Below are positions 54,400 to 62,916 of a stretch of DNA of 64,000 bases, one piece after another. Under the pieces are notes generated by a model. It made no database searches, was not told the DNA's origin, and worked only from the letters and a program-made list of their open reading frames with translations. Source of the stretch: Actinomycetes bacterium (GTDB taxonomy: Bacteria; Actinomycetota; Acidimicrobiia; Acidimicrobiales; JAJZXF01); assembly GCA_021802485.1 (NCBI GenBank), contig JAJZXF010000003.1, forward strand, positions 1,636 to 65,635, written 5' to 3'. Position 1 is the first letter of the stretch; each line of letters starts with the position of its first letter. Both the position numbers and the translations under genes were made by a program.

Positions 54400-55242
54400 C
54401 TAAACGCCCACAAGCTTACGACGGTTCATGAAGTCATCTCTGTAGATAGCAAGCACCAGCTGGTCCCAGCGCCTGCCTGCATGATAGATGTGGCTTCGTA
54501 GGCATCCTTCTTGCTTGATGTAGTGATCAAGGCCGCTTTGGAACTGAGCGAGGTTGAACTCTGGAAGCTCGAGGTAGAGCTTCTCGAAGTCCCAGGTGCC
54601 GAAGACATAGCCGAGGAACAGCACCACAGCTTCAGCACCAGCGCCAGAGCCGATGAGGCGTGGCTCTACGACAGCTGCGAGGTATGCATGCCTGTTCAGC
54701 GGGTTTGCGTTGTAGCCGACCACGAGGCCCACCGGCTCGTTGCTTCGACGACGTGTGACAACGAGTTGCGTGAGCACTCCTGTCTCGAAGGTGCGGATGA
54801 ACTCATCATAAGATGGGACAGCACCTCCGTAGCGCCAGCGCCACGCCACCTCTGTTGAGATCGCTATCTCATAGAGCCTCCCGTAGTGCTCACCTCCCGG
54901 TGGCTTCAGCTCTACAAGGGATCCCCTGAGCCTCAACCCCTCGGGTATGCCTGGATCATCCACGCGATCTCGCTGAACATCAGAGGACCTGGTCAGGTAG
55001 TAGGAGTATAGGCTACGCAGCGTGTCGAGCGCTTCGATGATCTCGAGCTCATCTTCTGGCGCTGATGGCTCACCAACAAGCTCTGAGACCAGCTCAACCG
55101 CAAGCATCATCTGAAGTGAGTCGAAGTCCAGATCCTCCGCGAGGCGGCTGTCAAGGCTCAAAGTCGCTCTGTCGCACAAGTCCATCTCCCTCGCGAAGAG
55201 ATCGATGAACGCCTCTTCATCAAGAAAAGGTGCCATTGGCAT
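54400..55242 (-). CDS. Carrier-protein (ACP/PCP-like) domain fused to GNAT-family acyltransferase
   Basis: 280-aa ORF. The N-terminal 75 aa contain LAEDLDFDSLQMMLAVELVSEL (DSL phosphopantetheine-site pattern). The C-terminal 180 aa look RimJ/RimL-type GNAT (LRLRGSLVELKP ... GSGAGAEAVVLFLGYVFGTWDFEKLYLELPEFN ... EGCLRSHIYHAGRRWDQLVLAIYRDDF). Confidence 0.7.
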   Translation of the reverse strand: MPMAPFLDEEAFIDLFAREMDLCDRATLSLDSRLAEDLDFDSLQMMLAVELVSELVGEPSAPEDELEIIEALDTLRSLYSYYLTRSSDVQRDRVDDPGIPEGLRLRGSLVELKPPGGEHYGRLYEIAISTEVAWRWRYGGAVPSYDEFIRTFETGVLTQLVVTRRRSNEPVGLVVGYNANPLNRHAYLAAVVEPRLIGSGAGAEAVVLFLGYVFGTWDFEKLYLELPEFNLAQFQSGLDHYIKQEGCLRSHIYHAGRRWDQLVLAIYRDDFMNRRKLVGV

Positions 55243-56695
55243 CTACCACGTACGCTGGCACACCCTGATTGTGAGCAGAGATTCCTTGCAGGACAGAGTC
55301 GATCGTTGTATAGCAGCTTCCGTGACCATAACTTGGCTGCGCCAACACCGCACCCACCTTATCCGTCGTATTGTCAATGACTCCCGCCGCCTTCCCCGCA
55401 TTTCCAGGTTTAGGAACATAAACTGCGCCCCCGCTATCTCCCGGGTTTATTGTGAAGCTTGCACAGGCGAGATTTCCAACGAGAGTTCCAAAATATTGCA
55501 TGCCAACCCATACATCTGTTCCAGGCGGCCAGCCGATGGTGCCGCAGGTGATCTCATTAGTTATATAGCCACTAGCGCAAACTGACCGCCCTGCCCATTG
55601 GTCGTTGTTCGACGCCCGCCCAACTACATTATCGATAAAGCCGAAGGTGCCAGCGTCCTTTGTCTCAGCAAGGATTGTGCCCTTTGCCTTGTACGAGGAT
55701 TGGTACGGCTTGGTCAAGACAAACGCGTAGTAATCGCCGCCCGTGCCATAGCTGTATACGCGGGTGCCGATCCCGATCATAGTGCCATTAGTATAATTAA
55801 TCTGGTCCATTGGGTGCGCGCAGTGGCCAGCAGTAACGCCGTAGTATTTGTACGTGTTATAGAAAGGCCCTCGCAATGTGAAACCAGTGGTGCACTGGGC
55901 TGGTCCGTCGTTGAAGGGCTGCATAGGCCCGAGCCCCGCCTTGTAAAAAGGCACTGAGTTCCTGTTGACGCCGGGCAGCAGCCCTGGCCCCCCAGCCGGC
56001 TGGGAAGCAGTGTTGGGGCTTAGAGTTGGCTTCGGTGCGGGACGGATCCACTGCACACGCAGCGCATCCGAGGGGATGAGCTTTTGCAACTCAGCAAGGA
56101 ACCTCACGTCCTGGTGCGTAAGTCCGATACCAACGGAGTTGTCCTTTGTGTCGATATAGAAGATCATCTCGCCGGATGGCCTGTACGCTGGTGTCTTGAA
56201 GTGGCTCGCTACGTAGTCCACGATGGTCTTCTTGTATGCGTCGAGCTGCGCCATTGTGTACTTCACGTAGCTGACCTTGGTCTTCGTGGCAACGCTCAGC
56301 GCCAGGCGACCCTGAAACAGCCTCTCGGTGCTTGCATTTGGAGAACCTGCAACCATGATCCTTGTAACAGGCGACTTGCCCGAGTTGTCTATCCATGCTC
56401 CTGCAAACCGGCTAGCAAAGGTGCGCTTCGCATCGCTCACCACACTTGAGACATGAAGCGCTTCCTGAGCTGCAATGTTCGCAGCCGATCCCGGATTACC
56501 GTGGGGAGATGCGATCGGCGAGGCGAGTTGCGGCAATCGGCTCAGTGTCGAGGTTGTCGTTGCGTTTTCGCCAAGGGTTCCCTGGTTCGTCACACCAACG
56601 ACGCCGATCGCGGCTGCGCCTGCTACACCCGCTGCGCCGTAGACCTGAAGTGTGCGGTACTTCTTCCGGAGTGCCCGCTTCCATGCACGATTCAT
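55220..56695 (-). CDS. Secreted S1-family (alpha-lytic/streptogrisin-like) serine protease with prodomain
   Basis: 491-aa ORF with an N-terminal anchor/signal (VYGAAGVAGAAAIGVVGV) and a prodomain of about 250 aa. Motifs: CTTGF, TAGHC (His) and GDSGGAVY (Ser). Its 3-prime end overlaps the next gene by 23 nt. Confidence 0.85.
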   Translation of the reverse strand: MNRAWKRALRKKYRTLQVYGAAGVAGAAAIGVVGVTNQGTLGENATTTSTLSRLPQLASPIASPHGNPGSAANIAAQEALHVSSVVSDAKRTFASRFAGAWIDNSGKSPVTRIMVAGSPNASTERLFQGRLALSVATKTKVSYVKYTMAQLDAYKKTIVDYVASHFKTPAYRPSGEMIFYIDTKDNSVGIGLTHQDVRFLAELQKLIPSDALRVQWIRPAPKPTLSPNTASQPAGGPGLLPGVNRNSVPFYKAGLGPMQPFNDGPAQCTTGFTLRGPFYNTYKYYGVTAGHCAHPMDQINYTNGTMIGIGTRVYSYGTGGDYYAFVLTKPYQSSYKAKGTILAETKDAGTFGFIDNVVGRASNNDQWAGRSVCASGYITNEITCGTIGWPPGTDVWVGMQYFGTLVGNLACASFTINPGDSGGAVYVPKPGNAGKAAGVIDNTTDKVGAVLAQPSYGHGSCYTTIDSVLQGISAHNQGVPAYVVDANGTFS

Positions 56696-56742
56696 CTTGT
56701 TGTCCGACCCCTTTCATCTTCGCTCTGGCTTCGGCTGCAAGC

Positions 56743-56770
56743 AGGGTACCCCCCCCCAGAAGATTGTCAA
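56743..56770 (-). promoter_or_regulatory. Promoter-like TTGACA-16-TACCCT whose spacer contains a G9 tract
   Basis: Minus strand: TTGACA (56770-56765), ATCTTCT + GGGGGGGGG (C9 on plus, 56749-56757), then TACCCT (56748-56743). It is 48 nt upstream of the protease ATG at 56695. Confidence 0.5.
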
Positions 56771-56931
56771 ATGTGTTCCCGTGGCTCCATCAAGGGATAG
56801 AGAGCGCAAGGCCCAGACCTACTGCTGCACTTTCGAGCGAAACCCCGGCAGAACAGGGATTTTCCCTCGCAGTATCCCAGCTCCACCAGAGCGCGACCTG
56901 GGCGCACTATCCCGACTCGAAAAGTGGACCG

Positions 56932-58536
56932 TTAGGCGGTTTGCACAATGTGGGCTACGTTCACTGGCGCTTGTGCTGATGCGAAGCCAGGAAGGCCTCC
57001 AACAGCGCCAGAGGGCGACCCCGCGGCGCCGGGCCTGTCAGGTTCAAGCGCCGCGATTCGGACCTCTGTGCCAACCAGATCTTCGGACTCCGCATAGGCC
57101 AGGTCGTCAGGATCTTCGAGACGCGCGTAGATACGGCCCTCACTGTTGTCCGGGCCCCCAGACGGCACGTCACACACAAGAACTCCCCAAGCAGGTTCGC
57201 CACTCGACGAGTGCGCAACTGAATAAGCCACTACCCGCGCTCGTTCAGCGCAGGAATCAAGGATTGGCATCTTGCCTACCATGTCCACACGTCTTTGAAC
57301 CGGTGCCAGGTCAGGGCTCTCAAGCGATCCCGGTCCAGGCTCGCTCGACCAGACGCTGAAAGCATGCTTGCTCATGTGCATGCCAACGCCGCTTACGAGG
57401 CCATGCGACCCGGGGTTCTCCCTCAGCACCTCGGCCAATGTTCCAATAGCGTGGCTCACGTAGTTGTGCCCCGGACCGCCATGATAGGCAAGCCCGCCAG
57501 TCAAGGTGATGCTCCTGTCTACCTGCGCACCGAGACCGAGAGATTCCTTGGAAAACTCCACCGCGCTCGCAAAACAGGAGTAGATGTCCATGTACGCGAT
57601 GTCGTCGAGAGCAAGGCCCGACATCCGCAGCGCTTCGGCAGAAGCTTCTCGCATGGCAACTGACTTGGACATGTCGGTCCGCTCCGCTAAGTACCAGGGG
57701 TCCTCAGCATAACTCCATCCCCGCAGGTAGATTCGCCTGTCCAACGGAACCCCGAGCGCATCGGCCTTCTCCGTCGTGGCCATTAGGAAACCCGCCGCCA
57801 TGTCGACATCCATAATCGCGGTTGCGTACTTCGTGTACGGGAAAGCAACCATGCGATTCTGCGGCGACGGCACCGCTATCTCCTCTGGTAAGCGCTCCAG
57901 GCGAAACCAGGCGTCCGGATTGCTAGCAGCGACCTTTGCGAGCGGCGACAGCAGCGCACCAACTGCTTGTCCGCGTTCACTCATCGGCGTCCCGCGACGG
58001 GACCGAAGAGAGCTGTCAAAGACCGCGAAGGTGAGCCACGCGTCGAAGATTCCGTGCGCCACCTCCGAAGGATGCAGTGGCGCTGGAAGGGGGAACGCAG
58101 CCCTGACAGATGGCGGGAAGCTCCAGTTGGGCCTTTCGCCGCGCATTTTGATACGCCGACGCGTTGCAAGCGCCTCGCCGCCCACCACAAGGGCCAGCTC
58201 CATCTCTCCCGCAAGCATCCGCTGAGCAGTCTCGCCCAGGAGGACCTGCGGGGTTGTCCCACCGATGGCTGAGTACACGCGATGGCGCGGATCAGCGCCT
58301 AGACGCTCGGCAAGCCTGCGCGGTGGATCGTCATACTGCCAACCTTGGCAGTAGACGACCTGGATGCTGTCGAGATCCTTCACGCATCCAGGCGCCCCCG
58401 CGTCACAAGCAGCACCTCGTGAAACCTCGTGCCACATCTCGAGCGGCTCCGGCGCACCTTCAGAACCAACGTCGCTCGGATGCCAAGTCTTCCTGGACTG
58501 GCCTATGAGGCATGGGGTTCGAGGATCCACCGTCAT
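56932..58536 (-). CDS. Thiolase-like (acetyl-CoA acetyltransferase / lipid-transfer-protein type) protein
   Basis: 534-aa ORF. The N-terminus MTVDPRTPCLIGQS and overall pattern (IYSCFASAVEF, GGLAYHGGPGHNYVSH) resemble the long actinobacterial thiolase-fold proteins. Active-site residues were not verified. Confidence 0.6.
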   Translation of the reverse strand: MTVDPRTPCLIGQSRKTWHPSDVGSEGAPEPLEMWHEVSRGAACDAGAPGCVKDLDSIQVVYCQGWQYDDPPRRLAERLGADPRHRVYSAIGGTTPQVLLGETAQRMLAGEMELALVVGGEALATRRRIKMRGERPNWSFPPSVRAAFPLPAPLHPSEVAHGIFDAWLTFAVFDSSLRSRRGTPMSERGQAVGALLSPLAKVAASNPDAWFRLERLPEEIAVPSPQNRMVAFPYTKYATAIMDVDMAAGFLMATTEKADALGVPLDRRIYLRGWSYAEDPWYLAERTDMSKSVAMREASAEALRMSGLALDDIAYMDIYSCFASAVEFSKESLGLGAQVDRSITLTGGLAYHGGPGHNYVSHAIGTLAEVLRENPGSHGLVSGVGMHMSKHAFSVWSSEPGPGSLESPDLAPVQRRVDMVGKMPILDSCAERARVVAYSVAHSSSGEPAWGVLVCDVPSGGPDNSEGRIYARLEDPDDLAYAESEDLVGTEVRIAALEPDRPGAAGSPSGAVGGLPGFASAQAPVNVAHIVQTA

Positions 58537-58574
58537 ATCTCGCGCCTAGTGTGTGTCTCGCTCGACTTGACGGC

Positions 58575-59780
58575 TCAAGATGCCTTGCCGGGCAGTTGGA
58601 TCGCCCGATCCGCAATGATGTTCTTTTGGACCTCGGTGGATCCACCCGCGATCGTGGAATAACGCTGGAACGAGTAGAGCCGTACCCACCTGCCACGGTC
58701 CACAGCGTCAGGCCCTCCCCTCGCAAGAGCCCCGTACACTCCAAGCATGTCCACGGCAAGCTCTGCAAGAGTCTGCGAGAGGTACGACCACTGCAACTTC
58801 GCGAACGGGACCTCCGGCCAGTTCTTCTCCCCCTTGAGCACCTTGCTGAAGGCTCTATAGCTGAGGAGCTTCGTCAGCTCTATCTCGGTCCAGGCCTTAG
58901 CGATACGCTCCTGGATCTCCGGATCCGCGAGCGCATCTGGATTCACCGACTTCGCCATCGATATCATCGCTCGAAGATCCTCAGCGAGGATGATCGCCTG
59001 CCCAGCTATACCCACCCGCTCGTGCCCGAGGGTTCCCATGGCCACGATCCAGCCGCCACCCTCTTCGCCTAACCGGTTCTCGACAGGCACACGCACGTCG
59101 GTAAAGAACACCTCGTTGAACATTGACTCATCTGCGATGTCACGGATCGGACGGCGCTCGATTCCGTCGCTTTCGAGATCCACGATGAAAGCAGTTATCC
59201 CCTCGTGCTTTGCACCACGCTCGATTGCCGACGGATCCGTGCGCAGCAAGAACAGCCCCCACTTGGCAAGGTGCGCGGTCGAGATCCATATCTTCTGGCC
59301 GTTCACCACATAGCAGTCTCCATCGCGTATCGCGGTAGTCCGCAGGTTCGCAAGATCGTTGCCGGCGTCGGGCTCCGAAAATCCCTGGCACCAATGATCG
59401 TCCGCGTTGATGATCCCTGGAAGCCATCGCTTCTTCTGCTCGTCAGTCCCCCAGCGAATGATCATGGGGCCGATCTGCCAGATGCCGTTTGCGTTGAACA
59501 TACCCGGAGTCCGCCTGCGGGCCATCTCCTCGGAGTAGATCAGCCGCTGGGTAGGAGTAGCATCTCGCCCGCCCCAGGCTGTTGGCCAGTGGATCGCGGC
59601 CCAGCCTCCTGAGTTAAGCATGCGCTGCCAGGCCCTGCGGCGTTCCTGCGATTTCTTGGCAGCCATCCGCAAGTCTTCATCCTCACCAGCCTCTGCAAGG
59701 AACCTTGGAAGGAATTCGTCGAGCCACGCACTCAGTTCGCTTCGAAACATCTCGTCTTCGGGAGCCAGTGAGAAGTCCAC
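58575..59780 (-). CDS. Acyl-CoA dehydrogenase
   Basis: 401-aa ORF. N-terminus MDFSLAPEDEMFRSELSAWLDEF, internal WCQGFSEPDAGNDLA, C-terminus YSTIAGGSTEVQKNIIA. Confidence 0.9.
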   Translation of the reverse strand: MDFSLAPEDEMFRSELSAWLDEFLPRFLAEAGEDEDLRMAAKKSQERRRAWQRMLNSGGWAAIHWPTAWGGRDATPTQRLIYSEEMARRRTPGMFNANGIWQIGPMIIRWGTDEQKKRWLPGIINADDHWCQGFSEPDAGNDLANLRTTAIRDGDCYVVNGQKIWISTAHLAKWGLFLLRTDPSAIERGAKHEGITAFIVDLESDGIERRPIRDIADESMFNEVFFTDVRVPVENRLGEEGGGWIVAMGTLGHERVGIAGQAIILAEDLRAMISMAKSVNPDALADPEIQERIAKAWTEIELTKLLSYRAFSKVLKGEKNWPEVPFAKLQWSYLSQTLAELAVDMLGVYGALARGGPDAVDRGRWVRLYSFQRYSTIAGGSTEVQKNIIADRAIQLPGKAS

Positions 59781-59999
59781 GCCCGGAATCTAGTACCCAT
59801 AGACATGCCGTTGCTAGCACGACCACGAGGCGAGGTTACAAGCTCGCGAACCAACCGGACCGGTGGTCCGCGATGCTCACTAGGGCCGAGACCCACCACC
59901 AGCACAAGTCCCGCGCTTCGCGGCCAGGGTGTGCGCTTGGACAACGCCCAGGACGTTGACATTGGCGTCAGAGCGCTGCGCGGGTGAGAATAGAAGTCG

Positions 60000-61094
60000 A
60001 TGGACTTCACTTTCAGTGCCGAACAAGATGCCCTACGTGAAGCGGTGCGGAGTTTCCTCTCCGCTCGCGTGAACAGTGAATACGTGCGCTCGATGGCAGA
60101 TGACGAGGTCGGCTACACCCCCGAGCTTTGGAACGAGATGGCGAGCTTGGGCTGGACCAGCATGCTCATCCCAGAAGACCTTGGAGGGCTTGGCCTTGGC
60201 ATCCTCGAGTCGTGCGTGATCCTTGAGGAGATGGGGCGCGTGCCCTTGCCGGGTCCGTACATGTCATCAGCGATTATGGCCACCATTGCCGCAAAGCACT
60301 TGGAAGCAACAGACCTGCTGCGCTCGCTGGCCGAAGGCACGACAAAGGGGGCCATAGCGCTTGAAGAAGTGGGTTACGGCGACCCAGTGGAAACCTTCAG
60401 GACAAGAGCCCGGCGCAGGGGCGCGGGGTGGGTGGCGAACGGTCTGAAGCCACTGGTCCTTGGTGGCGAAGCTGCCGACTGGGTGATCGTAGTCGCAAGG
60501 ACCGAAGAGGGCACCAGGTCCTTCCTGCTCGAAAAGCCAAAGGGCACCCCGGTGCCCACGATGGACCCGACCCGAAAGGCCACCCGAATCGACCTTGTGG
60601 ATGAGCCCGTGATCCCGATCGGCCCCAACGGTGACCAGACGGCGATTTGGAGGCTCATCTGCGACGATATAGCGGTAGCGATAGCCGCTGAGCTGGTCGG
60701 TGTCAGTGAGCAGGCTTTTCACCTTGCAGTCGAGTACGCGAAGGTCCGGGTCCAGTTCGGGCGTCCGATTGCAACCTTCCAGGCGGTCAAGCACAAGACC
60801 GTGGACATGCTGCACGCGGTCGAGATGGCAAGGGTCGCGATGCACTACGGTGCGTGGGCAGCAGATACGGACCATCCGGACCGCGCTCGAGCCGCTGCGA
60901 TGTGCAAGAGCTACGCAGGATCTGCTGGCGTCAAGGTCACCGGTGACGCAATTCAGATCCATGGAGGCGTTGGCTTCACCTGGAATTGTGACGCTCACTT
61001 TCTTTACAAACGCGCCAAACAGGATGACTTACTACTCGGCGGCCAGAGCCCCCAGCGCAAGAGGCTGGCCCGAATGATCATACAACCTGAATGA
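60000..61094 (+). CDS. Acyl-CoA dehydrogenase
   Basis: 364-aa ORF. N-terminus MDFTFSAEQDALREAVRSFL, C-terminus FGRPIATFQAVKHK ... IQIHGGVGFTWNCDAHFLYKRAK. Confidence 0.9.
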   Translation: MDFTFSAEQDALREAVRSFLSARVNSEYVRSMADDEVGYTPELWNEMASLGWTSMLIPEDLGGLGLGILESCVILEEMGRVPLPGPYMSSAIMATIAAKHLEATDLLRSLAEGTTKGAIALEEVGYGDPVETFRTRARRRGAGWVANGLKPLVLGGEAADWVIVVARTEEGTRSFLLEKPKGTPVPTMDPTRKATRIDLVDEPVIPIGPNGDQTAIWRLICDDIAVAIAAELVGVSEQAFHLAVEYAKVRVQFGRPIATFQAVKHKTVDMLHAVEMARVAMHYGAWAADTDHPDRARAAAMCKSYAGSAGVKVTGDAIQIHGGVGFTWNCDAHFLYKRAKQDDLLLGGQSPQRKRLARMIIQPE

Positions 61095-61170
61095 TCCCCA
61101 TTTACCCAAGATCGCAGGGGTTGGCAATGCTGGATGCCGCTTGCCGCGCAGCACTCGCGAAACAGCGCTG

Positions 61171-62916
61171 ATGCGACAGCACGCGTCACGCAAGAATGGA
61201 AATGCAGGTAATGGCTACCGGGATTCGTGGGGACTTCGGCCGCTGCCGGAGGAGCTGCGTAAGAAGTACGTCTCGCTTGGCTGGTGGAACGACCAATCAC
61301 TTGGCGAGCTCCTGGACAGCCAACTTCGCTCCCACGAGCAAAACGACTTCCGCATCTGGTCATCCTCGCGGCCTTTCCAGGGAACTATAGGCGACGTTCG
61401 CTCCTTGGCACGGCGGCTCGCGAGGGGTCTCGAGAAGATGGATGTCCACCCCGGTGACGTAGTCGCCTTCCAGCTTCCCAACTGGGTCGAGGCTGCGATC
61501 ACCTTCTACGGCTTCAGCATGCTTGGCGTGGTTCTCGTTCCAATAGTGCACTTCTACGGGCCGAAAGAAGTCGGGTTCATACTGCGCGAGAGCGGGGCAC
61601 GGGTCTTCATCACCGCCGAACGTTTCGGTCACCATGAGATGCTCAACGACCTGCTGCCGCTCCTTGGCTCGCTGGAGGAGCTGAGGACGGTGATCGTCGT
61701 AGCAGAGCAGCCCGGCTCGTACTCGTTTCCTGCGGGATCACCCACCCCGACCACCAGCGCCCCACCCGTTTACCCAGGCGACCTCCCAACAGAGATAGTC
61801 GATTTCCCATCTCTGTTGGACAATGAGCAACTCAGCGCGCCAGCGCGGGTGGACCCCTCCTTCCCAGCTCTTATCGCATACACATCGGGCACGACCAGTG
61901 ACCCCAAGGGGGTCATCCACACGCATCGAAGCCTCGGGTTCGAGGTCCGCCAGCTCTCAGCTCTGCAAGCCGCCCGGGATCGACCACACATCACAGGAGC
62001 CCCCGTCGGACATGGGATTGGAATGCTCTCGGGGTTGCTCATACCCGTCTACCGCGGACATCCAATCCACCTGATCGACGTCTGGAATCCATCTGCAGTG
62101 CTCGCCGCGATGCTCGAGGCCGGGATCGCAGCGGGTGCTGGTTCGACTTACTTCCTCACCAGCCTTCTCGACTCTAGCGACCTAAAGCCCGAACATCTGA
62201 AACTGATGTCAAAGATCGGCCTGGGTGGATCAAGCGTCCCCGCCGCAGTCACCGAGCGAGCCGAGCGGCTCGGCATCTCGATAGTCCGGTCTTACGGATC
62301 CACCGAGCATCCTTCCACGACGGGATGTACCCACGATGAGCCTGCCCCGAAACGCCTCTACACAGACGGCAAGCCTCTGGAGGGAATAGAGATGCGAATC
62401 GTCGACGCAAGCGGCCGGGACGTAGCCCCTGGCGACGAGGGAGAGATACTCAGCCGCGGCCCTGACCGCTTCCTCGGGTACACCGATCCGCTTCTCAGCG
62501 ATGAGGCCATCGACGCCGACGGTTGGTACTCGACCGGCGACATCGGCATGCTGGACCCTGATGGATACCTCGTCATCACCGACCGTAAGAAGGACATCAT
62601 CATACGTGGCGGCGAGAACGTGAGCGCGGCCGAGGTCGAAGGCCTGCTGGCGCAGATAGACGGTGTCGCTGAGGTAGCGCTCGTCGCAGCTCCGGATCCG
62701 CGCCTTGGAGAGCACGGCTGCGCGTTCGTACGCATGAGCGACGGGGCCGATCTGCTGAACCTTGACATCGTCCGCAGTCACCTCGAAAAAACTGGCCTTG
62801 CGCGCCAGAAATGGCCGGAGGAGATACGTTTGGTCAAGGACTTCCCCCGCACTCCATCAGGGAAGGTGAAGAAGTTCGTCCTTCGCGAAGAGCTCCGGAA
62901 GGGGTATGAGAGATGA
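61171..62916 (+). CDS. AMP-dependent acyl-CoA synthetase/ligase
   Basis: ORF 61141..62916 (TTG); the ATG at 61171 is preferred. Motifs: YTSGTTSDPKGV, YGSTE, TGDIGMLDPDGYLVITDRKKDIIIRGGENV, PRTPSGKVKK. Confidence 0.85.
   Translation: MRQHASRKNGNAGNGYRDSWGLRPLPEELRKKYVSLGWWNDQSLGELLDSQLRSHEQNDFRIWSSSRPFQGTIGDVRSLARRLARGLEKMDVHPGDVVAFQLPNWVEAAITFYGFSMLGVVLVPIVHFYGPKEVGFILRESGARVFITAERFGHHEMLNDLLPLLGSLEELRTVIVVAEQPGSYSFPAGSPTPTTSAPPVYPGDLPTEIVDFPSLLDNEQLSAPARVDPSFPALIAYTSGTTSDPKGVIHTHRSLGFEVRQLSALQAARDRPHITGAPVGHGIGMLSGLLIPVYRGHPIHLIDVWNPSAVLAAMLEAGIAAGAGSTYFLTSLLDSSDLKPEHLKLMSKIGLGGSSVPAAVTERAERLGISIVRSYGSTEHPSTTGCTHDEPAPKRLYTDGKPLEGIEMRIVDASGRDVAPGDEGEILSRGPDRFLGYTDPLLSDEAIDADGWYSTGDIGMLDPDGYLVITDRKKDIIIRGGENVSAAEVEGLLAQIDGVAEVALVAAPDPRLGEHGCAFVRMSDGADLLNLDIVRSHLEKTGLARQKWPEEIRLVKDFPRTPSGKVKKFVLREELRKGYER

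Larger units (their letters stand above)
48416..54540. repeat. Tandem segmental duplication (about 2.8-3.0 kb unit, 2 full copies + truncated third)
   Basis: Each unit is [about 140-nt relic of the 3-prime end of gene 54400..55242 + intergenic] + [~200-aa gene] + [repeat-protein gene]. Relics lie at about 51431-51573 and 48634-48775. Both share the same novel junction GGA(C/T)GAAAGGCCATCGGT.CTGGT.GCAGAGCTCA next to the repeat-protein stop. Confidence 0.85.
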
